DNA of 64,000 nt. Source: Octopus vulgaris (Eukaryota). A program made the position numbers and the translations under genes. Positions 54,734-64,000 of the stretch are shown piece after piece (the stretch's first letter is position 1; each line of letters starts with the position of its first letter). The stretch is from NCBI GenBank assembly GCA_951406725.2, contig OX597826.1, forward strand, positions 63,302,001 through 63,366,000. Direction: 5' to 3'. A model generated the notes under the pieces. The model did no database searches, was not told the origin of the DNA, and saw only the letters and a program-made list of their open reading frames with translations.

Positions 54734-55005
54734 TTATGTATATGGATGGATGGATGGTTGGGTGGATGGATGTGTGAGTGTATGGACTTATGTCACAAGG
54801 GTATTAGTATCTTCCAATCATTTTGGAGTAGTTGCTGAAGATGCGGGTGATATCTTCCAGACTGGTATATCAAAACCGCCATTTTCTATTACAGCTTGGA
54901 GGTTTCCACGGCATCTTTGTCTCTCTTTTTTTTTCAGGTCTTTAACAGCTATTTTCTGTTGCTGGAGAGCAAAGGCATACCTCTGTAGGTATGTCTGTAT
55001 GTATG

Positions 55006-56200
55006 TTTTCTCTTTCTCTATAAAATGTAGAGTTAATTTTGATCGGCCACCTACTTGGTAACAAGGTTATAAATGAGAGGAATTTTATAGAGGTCTTATG
55101 GGTTTTTATTGTCCCAGATATCGCGACCATTGGTAGCGTACGAATTAAGGAGTTGCTTTCCCTCCCTAAGAACCCAAATTCAGTCATACTTTGCTTCAGG
55201 TGAGTTGCTACATATCCTGTTGCTCTAATAATTATAGCTATGAAAATGAAAATGCTTCTTAGGTACTGGATTTGCAAACTCTTTTATTAATGGTCCACAA
55301 ATGCTTTCTTTATCTTATATTTTTCTGACCAGACTAGTGTCTCGAGGACAGCTGATTTCCACAACAGAACATATTTTTCTCGTGTCCCTACACAACAGTG
55401 TCTGGCAGATTGTTTTATAACTTCGGGCTTTTAGTTTCCACCAATATTCTTTTGGTGCATCAGCCTCAATAAAGTCAACTTCACTTGTTGGTATTTTCTT
55501 TTTTCTTAATTTTTTTCCAGACTGTTCTGGGCACTACGTCATGCCGCATGGGAAAGATAATATCTACAAAACATTCTCTTGCAGTTGACAATAATGTTGT
55601 TGATGTCTTCAGTCATAGTTTTCAACAGACTACATTTGTTGTCTGTCAATGTTTTCTGCCTTGTATGCTGCAGGTACTTCGTGGGGATCTCTTGTTCTTG
55701 AAGATAACCTTCAAAGTAGGATGTCATAAACTTGACGGTACTCCATGCTAAGCATTTGATACGATTTATTCCCCCTATAGCTCCCGTCTTCAGTGCCAAG
55801 TACTCATGCACTAACTTCTCAATGAACTGGTTCAGTTTTATATTTTGTTGTTCTGATATATAGGGAGAGACCTGCGCCAGATCTTATATTATATCTCTCT
55901 TTAAGCTCATTAGCTATCTTAGTGATGGTATCTTCGTACTTGTAAATTTGAGCAAAATGGTTACAGCTCTCTTTTCTTTGCTGCTGGTATTGCTTCATAT
56001 GATATCAATCTAGATTTAAGACCATGGTCACCATTTATGCGTGGGAAGTATAGCTTGCCAACATTTCCATTGATGTTCAAGTTTCCAGTAACACTGAGCT
56101 GTATATTCGCTGTTATTTAGTTGCAATTCTACATTTCTTACCACTGGAGAACAAGTCAGCTTCTAATTTAGATCCAAGGCTCTTTCATTAGAATTTCAAC
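55006..56200 (-). mobile_element. REL-type (R4-like) LINE 3' relic, family 2, copy 2
   Basis: EGYLQEQEIPTKYL..C..EDINNII..C..RYYL..RHDVV, EYWW, ICSVVEISCP, MVAISGTIK; 3'UTR homologous to copy 1. Confidence 0.78.
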
Positions 56201-56263
56201 ATTACCTGGGTAGTTGTGCAGGTATGTGTGTATATGTGCAAATATTTGAAGTCAGTACATGTA

Positions 56264-56564
56264 CTTCGTTGCAGTTTGTTCCTTCTCGAGCCACGCCTGG
56301 CTCATAAGGCCGGTTTCCCGATTTCCTTGGCGTATAGGTTCCCCACCTGGACGGGACGCCGGTCCATCGCAGGTGAGCTGCAAGATGCAGGAGGAAAGAG
56401 TGAGAGAAAGTTGTGGCGAAAGAGTCAGCAGAAGTTCGCCATTACCTTCTGCCGGAGCCGCGTGGAGCTTAGGTGTTTTGCTCATAAATACACACATCGC
56501 CCGGTCTAAGATTCGAACCCGCGATCCCTCGCTACTCTAACCACTATGCCATGTGTCTCCTCAT
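56264..56564 (-). mobile_element. SINE group A (tail gamma)
   Basis: TSD TCAGTACATGTA at 56252-56263 and 56565-56576. Confidence 0.88.
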
Positions 56565-56678
56565 TCAGTACATGTAAAGATCTGTATGTTTTGTCTTATG
56601 TATGTATACTCATACATATAGTTATGTGTCTAGATATGTGCCTATGTAGTTACATGCTAAACTTTTGGTAGGTTTTTA

Positions 56679-57410
56679 TTGGGTTATCCTATAAACAATA
56701 CGGCTTTTTATACTTCTCTTATTTTTCAAAATCAAGATAAACAAAGTTCTTTTTTAATCTAGAATATACTCTCCCTTATTTTCAACAATGCTCTTCCATC
56801 TATTTGATAGACTTGCAAGGCCCCTCTTCCAAAATTCACATGTCCGTGACGAAGTGACGAAAAATACTCCTACAGTACTATTCTGACCCCGTCTACAGAA
56901 TTCATATTTTTTCCAAGACTGCGGAATAAATGATTATCAGATGGGGCAATTTCCGGTGAATATGGTGGGCGGGGCATCGTTTCCCTTTCAAACTGTTCCG
57001 GCCTTTGGAATGTCATTGTTGCTGTATATGACCGAGCATTATCCTGATGGAAGAACACTTTTCGTCTTCAAACCAAAGATGGTCGTTTTTCTTCTAGCGC
57101 AAGTGTCGATAAATGGCTGAACGACCAAATCCAAGCTTCTCTGCGAGTTCCTCAACAGTTACGATGGGATTTACAGGACGTCTGCGTCGAGTTCTACAGA
57201 TCTTCCAAGACGAGGCTCGTCTTCTAGGCCGTAGTTTCGGGCTCGGAATTTCTGGAGCTACCATTGACACCGACTTACGCTTATTGTCCGAACCCCAAAT
57301 ACTGCATTACTATTCCTCGCACTTTTCGTCACGTTGTTGCCTTTATTGAACCCATAAAGTAAAATATGCCAAATATGCTCCTTTGTCACTCCCATTATAG
57401 CTTTGAAAAA
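56679..57410 (-). mobile_element. internally deleted mariner
   Basis: MGVTKEHIWHILLYGFNKG..LEDEPR.GR joined to FHQDNAR..PPYSPEIAPSD; one TIR at 56679. Confidence 0.88.
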
Positions 57411-57419
57411 ATAACTGTC

Positions 57420-57696
57420 AGCTCACAGATGAACATCTGCCCAGTCAGCTTCGAGCTGTCACTTCATTAGTCAAAGAGGACATTGATAAATTGCGCAAAA
57501 ACAAAATATCAAGTTTCACATTAATAAAACTAAACTTAATTTTAAATGTCTTTATTGTTTAAGAATAAATTCACAATGTATTCATAACTCATTACACTAG
57601 TTGTCATTAGATTACATAGTTTTGACGGCGACTGGCCCTAATAGTTCTTGAAATGTTCGAAAGGGGCCAGCCAATGAAAAATGTTGCACACTCCTG
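57420..57696 (+). mobile_element. hAT (SPIN/GTF2IRD2-like) 3' end fragment
   Basis: LTDEHL..DIDKL..QVSH* followed by a TIR ending GTTGCACACTCCTG. Confidence 0.65.
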
Positions 57697-58152
57697 CTTT
57701 AAGTCCTGTAGAGCTGAGTAAAACTGTTATTAATAATTTACGCAGCTCCAACCAAATATGCTACTTTCTTTAGATCTTACACACTCTCGCGAATATCTAT
57801 CTATCTATATATCTATATATGTACATTATGTGTGTGTGTTTGTGTATGTGTATGTGTATGTATGTGTATATAAACATTTATGTGTGTACGTGTGCATGTG
57901 TGTATGTGCGTGTGTGTGTGTTTGCATATGAACATAAGAAGAGATTTATGAATACATTCTATCTTTCTCTATGATTGATTCTCAATACAGAGTAAGCTTT
58001 CCTGACCACAAGAATTAGATAAATATTTTAGCGTAGGTTTATCACGGAGTCAAATTCACGAACGATACACACAGAGCAGTTTTTAATACTTTATTTCAAC
58101 AAATTTAGTAATTAAATTCAATGGCCACAAAATTACATTTATTAGATACACT

Positions 58153-58245
<93 letters not shown>

Positions 58246-59032
58246 AGATGTAAATGTTTATTTTATGTTAATAAAGAATTTACATTAAACCGAATGATTA
58301 CTCCATACTTTTTGTAGTGTACAATTTATTATTCTTTAAGAAGAATTGTATTGCCAGGGATTTCGAAATTCGGTCGTCATTGGACTGTGGCACATTTGAG
58401 TTCATCTTGGCTTTATAAAGTCTCTGTTAAGCTAAAAAATTCTGGAGTAGGTGGAGCTCTAAATGATAATTGAGTTGTATGGTAGGTTGTGATGGGGAGG
58501 TTTTATGGAATTGTTTTTTTTTGGGGAGGGGGGTTAAATTTAAAGTTGTGTTTTTCAGAATTTATTTATGCCTGTAAAACTTTATAATCGGGTTTGTCTT
58601 TTTAGGTGGGTCAGTTTCAGGTCATGAGGCTATTTTGCGGGGTTCTCAAAAGAATTTATATACGTGAAAGGGTTTAGCTGATCAGCAGATGTGCAACAAG
58701 GTTTAGATATTGTTGGGTTTTTGGAGGTTATCAATCAAGAATCTCACGTGAAACAGGTATACTCTTATTTAAAATACCAACTGCAAGTAAAGAAATCTAC
58801 TGACCAAAGAAAAAAATTGCGTTAATAATATTGTAACAGACATAATAGTTTTGAATACAGTTATAAATCTACTTAAATTCTTTTGTAAACCCTCAAAATC
58901 TCCATGACCTAATAGCTGACGCACCTGAATAAACACAACTAATGACAATGGTTTTAATTCTGGACAGAACTCTGAACTTTAACTTTCACTTTCTCAAAAC
59001 AATAAGGTTAAATCTCCAATTCATATCGAAAT

Positions 59033-59245
59033 GAGGCAGCAACCAGACAGAATCGTTGTCGCATCGAATGAAATACTTAACATTTCGTCTGCCTTTACAT
59101 TCTGAGTTCAAATTCCACTGGGGTCGACTTTGCCTTTCATCCTTTCGGGGTCGATAAATTAAGTACCAGTTGCGTACTGGAGTCGATCTAATCGACAGGC
59201 CTCCTTCCCAAAAATTTAGGGCCTTGTACCTAGAGTAAAAAAGAT
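59033..59245 (+). mobile_element. SINE group B
   Basis: Core and a tail-1-like end. Confidence 0.82.
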
Positions 59246-59609
59246 ATTATCATTATTATTATTATTAGACAACTATATTAGCCATTTAACTATTCGATTG
59301 CTTGACTTCGTTTGACCATTAAATAATTTGTTTTGTCAGACTTCTTCCCTCACCTTTCACGACCTCATCGATGGCGTGCCCTAGTTACTCCAGGTCTGTC
59401 ATGATGTATCAAAACTAGATTCTTAAAATCAGTTACAATTTTGTCAACCTTCATGAATGACTTTTTTTACATACATCTGTGTGTGTGTGCGTGCGCCCAC
59501 CTGAGTGTATATACGTGTATGTGTGCATGTGTACAGATATATGCATAGTCATACGATTGTTCAAATAATCATGCAATTTCGAAAAACTGATTTTACGCAA
59601 ATCAAAGGA

Positions 59610-59742
<133 letters not shown>

Positions 59743-60427
59743 GGAAGGGAGAGAGAGAAAGAGACTGAGGGGATAAGTATAATCTTGGCTATCATGGATC
59801 CTGGCTAGCGCGGTATTCCATAATCTGAATGAGATCCGTAAACTTCTATTGATATAAATGGGAGCTCTACACAGTTCCGAGATAAGATCCAATGGGCGTG
59901 AAATAAGCCCTGCAGAGTGAAAAGTAAAAGTAATACACCCAAATAAATTCATCCCAAAATTCATTTGGTCGATGTCAATTGAGAAAATGAATGAACTTTA
60001 GAATTATTACACAATTCTATATATAATTTCCTGTATTGCATAACATTCTATGAATTACATAACATTACGAGATATGGAATAAAATATCGTCCTTTCCCGA
60101 AAGCAATTCGTTCTATTATGTTCAACTGTTGTATGTCCAAATTTGGCCAAATGCTGTTTTGTTTTGTTTTTTGTGTGTTTTTTTGTTTTGTTTTGTTTTT
60201 ATTTTTTGTTTTATGTTTTGCAATAGCCGGTTCTTTTGGTCGAACTCTCATATCTACAGCTGCTTCAGATTTCAAGATATGAAAATTGTCAAAGTTGTTG
60301 TACAACGGTTTAGCATTTTTCAAAAGTATAGTAAGTCCCACATGCGACAGTTTTGCAAAAGTATTTCTTACTAATAATATCATACATGGAGTTACGATTT
60401 GATGCACCCAACAAAGTACTATTGTTA

Positions 60428-60658
60428 AGCGGCGAACTGGCAGAAACGTTAGCGCGCCGGGCGAAATGCGTAGCCGTATTTCGTCTGGCATTACGTTCTG
60501 AGTTCAAATTCCGCCGAGGTCGACTTTGCCTTTCATCCTTTCGGGGTCGATAAATTAAGTTCCAGTTACGCACTGGGGTCGATATAACCGACTTAATCCG
60601 TTTGTCTGTCCTTGTTTGTCCCCTCTATGTTTAGCCCCTTGTGGGTAGTAAAGAAATA
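60428..60658 (+). mobile_element. SINE group B, tail 2
   Basis: TSD ACTATTGTTAAGC at 60418-60430 and 60659-60671. Confidence 0.92.
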
Positions 60659-60828
60659 ACTATTGTTAAGCTGAAACTGTTGATAATCTAAAAAGAAATG
60701 AAATAGTGAAACTATTTTTTCGTTTTCCGAAAAAGCAACGTTTCGTACTTACGGCACTTTTGCATAATAGCAACGAATTGTGATGTCAATTTGACTTTTC
60801 ATTTCCTCATTTAAACTATTAATATATA

Positions 60829-61232
60829 GGCGCTGGTGTGGCTGTATAGTAAGAAGCTTGCTTCCCAGCCACATGGTTCAAGGTTCAGTCCCGCTGTGTG
60901 GCACATTGGGCAAGTAACTTCTACTATAGCCTCGGGCCGATCAAGGACTTGTAAGTAGATTTGGTAGATAGAAATTAAAAGAAGCCAGTCGTATGTGTGT
61001 GTGTGTCTGTCTGTCTGTTTATCTTTGTGTGTGTCTTTGTGTCTGTGCTTGTCTCCCCACCCACCGCCTGACAACCGGTATTTGTGTGTTTGCGTCCCCG
61101 CAACTTGGCGGTTCGACTAAAGAAGCCGATAGAATAAGTACCAGGTTTAAAAAATAAGTACTGGGTCGAGTAATTCGACTAAAAATTCAATGCGGTGTCC
61201 CAGCATGGTCGCAGTCAAATGACTGAAACAAG
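60829..61232 (+). mobile_element. SINE group C
   Basis: Full-length diverged copy. Confidence 0.85.
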
Positions 61233-61262
61233 ATGTGTGTGTATGTGTGTGTGTCTGTGTGT

Positions 61263-61318
<56 letters not shown>

Positions 61319-61832
61319 GTGCATACCTACATACACACACATTAAGTGCGTGGTTCTTCGTAGTTTAAAAGAGGGCACGTGTATTTGTTGTATCTAGAGT
61401 TGTGAAATGTCACTGCTCAACCGAACATTGATAACGTGAGGCATTTATGCGTGAAGCAATCATTGCTCCAGGGTAAATGGTAAATACCGGCTGAATATGA
61501 AATACATCTTCAGACGAAACTTCACACCAAGAAGTAAATGAGTTTAAAAGGGAAGTATAACACATTTATGCAACTTCTAAGCAAAATAGTTTCCTTTTTT
61601 TTAACTTTTTCTGAATTATTTAGGTTGCACTTGAATAATAATAATATCAATGAGAGGAATTTCATTCGGTAAATCTTGTCAATATTGGTGCTGAAGAAAA
61701 ACGAACTTGTGAGGCAAAAAGTGATCAAGTAGGAAAGGAAATAGCACGCGATTTCCCTATTTAAATATCTGAAAAAAGGAATTGAACCGTAAAATTTGAC
61801 AAAATCTAAAGCCGTTTTTAAAACGCTTTCTA

Positions 61833-61855
61833 GAATAATAATAATAATGATGATG

Positions 61856-61889
<34 letters not shown>

Positions 61890-61892
61890 GAA

Positions 61893-61923
<31 letters not shown>

Positions 61924-62030
61924 AAGAAGAAGAAGAAGAAGAAGAAGAAGAAGAAGAAGAAGAAGAAGAAGAAGAAGAAGAAGAAGAAGAAGAAGAAGAA
62001 GAAGAACAAGAACAAGAACAAGAACAAGAA
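61833..62030. repeat. (AAT)n grading into (AAG)n and (AAGAAC)n
   Basis: Directly visible. Confidence 0.95.
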
Positions 62031-62191
62031 GAATGATGGAAAAATAAATAAACTGGAAAGATTTTCTCTAGTTTTGCGTAAAAGTCACTTTTCCAAAATT
62101 GTATGTTTATCTTAAACATATGACTGTGTGTACGCACAAACAATATACATGAAAACACATACGCACACGTACATGTGTGTGTGTGTATATA

Positions 62192-62222
<31 letters not shown>

Positions 62223-62441
62223 TGTGTGTAATCATAATCGTTAGTCTGACAAAATTTATTTTGTCGGACTATCGATTATGGATTAAATATTTTATTCACT
62301 GTCAGACTTACATTTATGTTCTTTACTCTAAGTGGCCGGACATAGCTTCTTTTGAACTTGTCACTCACTTGAATACATACATACATACATACATACATAC
62401 AGACAGACAGACAGACATACATACATACGGACGGACGGACG

Positions 62442-62481
<40 letters not shown>

Positions 62482-62767
62482 CACAGACACACAGACACAC
62501 AGACACACAGACAGACAGACAGACAGACAAACATACATACATACATACACACATACAGACAGACAGACACACAGACAGACATACATACATACATACATAC
62601 ATTCAGACAGACAGACATGCATACATACATACATACATACATACAGACAGACAGACAGACAGACAGACATACGTACATACATACAGACACACATACATAC
62701 ATACATACATACAGACATACATACATATTGTGTGTGTATACATACATTAATTATATTTTGTACATTG

Positions 62768-62833
<66 letters not shown>

Positions 62834-63050
62834 TTATATGAAGTTAAATATATGCCCGTTCATAGAGTGACCTATGGTTTCGCATCCACAAAGTGCTTCT
62901 GCTCTAACGTTTAGTGTGCTTCTTTTTCGGAGATATGATCCATTGGCGATATATATATATATATATGAGGGTGATATTAATTTAATAAATTCAATTTAAA
63001 CACCAGTGGTCTAGCGCATAAAAAACTGAGATTCAGTAAATATTATTAAT

Positions 63051-63188
63051 ACACAAATATGAGAGAGAATCCACTATGTGGACGCTCTTACGCTAGATAT
63101 AGATCCTTGCGGATCTATATCTAGATCTATATCTTACGAATCTATATCTAGCGTAAGAGCGTCCACATAGTGGATTCTCTCTCATATT

Positions 63189-63193
<5 letters not shown>
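63051..63193. repeat. perfect 54-bp inverted repeat with 35-bp spacer
   Basis: 63051-63104 is the reverse complement of 63140-63193. Confidence 0.93.
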
Positions 63194-63249
<56 letters not shown>

Positions 63250-63438
63250 ATAAGATCGTTAATTTAATTATCGATCTTATCAAGTGACTAGCATAGGAAT
63301 AAAAACCTTCAAAGGTAATAATTATTATTAAAATTATAATTTAGGGTATCTGAGAGATTCCTTCATGCTGGAAATAGCAGTCAAAACTTGACTCTAGAAC
63401 TACATTAAATGTTCATACAGCACTAGGAGAGATGACAA

Positions 63439-63471
<33 letters not shown>

Positions 63472-63475
63472 CATG

Positions 63476-63509
<34 letters not shown>

Positions 63510-64000
63510 TGTATGTATGTATGTATGTATGGTGAGAGAGAGAGAGAGAGAGAAGCTAGCTTTCTCCTCCGTCGCTATTCAAGTTTCACACTGGGTGCGC
63601 TCTTTCAGACGACATTTTTTATTACCTGAACGATACATCGAACGTAAAACTCTTAGCGTGTATGAAGTTTAACCACAAACCTTATCCACATGGAAATACA
63701 GTACAACATGTATTGAGGACTTTATTTTATCTCGTTAGCCTTAGAGCTAGGGCTAAGTTTAGCGTGAGTACTTGTGTGTGTGTTTGTAGGTTATTTGTAA
63801 ATCAAACATTGTGATTGCCATTTTTGTTTTTTTTGTTGTTGTTTGTTTTTCCTATTAAAGATCAACAGGCATCGATTAATGTGATAATTAAGGATTAGTA
63901 AAATCTAAAATAAACTAACATGATGAGTAACAGTGTTGCAGTGTTGGAATTATGTCAAGAAAGTATACATAAGTAGTAACTATAAAATATTTTTATCATA

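Larger units (their letters stand above)
53257..54985 (-). mobile_element. REL-type (R4-like) LINE 3' relic, family 2, copy 1
   Basis: YAFALQQQKIA..EDITRI, ICSVVEISC, MITISGTIKMYKTFL; interrupted by two SINEs and (TATG)n; the 3'UTR abuts (CA)n. Confidence 0.72.

Noticed and set aside
58245-59000. Penelope GIY-YIG remnant
   Set aside because: Only faint similarity (RAPP, LTE); not enough to call.

Overview
Eukaryotic, AT-rich, non-coding (intergenic or large-intron) DNA packed with microsatellites and transposable elements. The SINE repertoire and repeat density suggest an octopus or other coleoid cephalopod (inference from remembered repeat families, not a search). I found no credible host gene, tRNA or rRNA gene, or CRISPR array, and almost all listed ORFs are microsatellite, SINE or decayed-transposon artefacts. 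Main content: (i) three tRNA-headed SINE groups, labelled here A/A2, B and C, in more than 30 copies; (ii) several R4/Dong-type restriction-endonuclease LINE relics next to (TAA)n or (CA)n repeats; (iii) CR1/L2-group, RTE and Penelope remnants; (iv) mariner/Tc1 derivatives; (v) a full-span decayed Buster-type hAT (48168-52412, 8-bp TSD); (vi) two non-autonomous Helitrons; (vii) minisatellites. Most notable observations: a ~500-bp foldback insertion with hammerhead-like cores facing each other in opposite polarities (19312-19859), minimal hammerhead motifs in Penelope-like remnants, SINEs that swap 3' tails, a SINE that repeatedly joins its own copies at one internal site, and a SINE/CR1 pair sharing a covarying 3' hairpin. 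Coordinates were counted by eye and may be off by a few bases.
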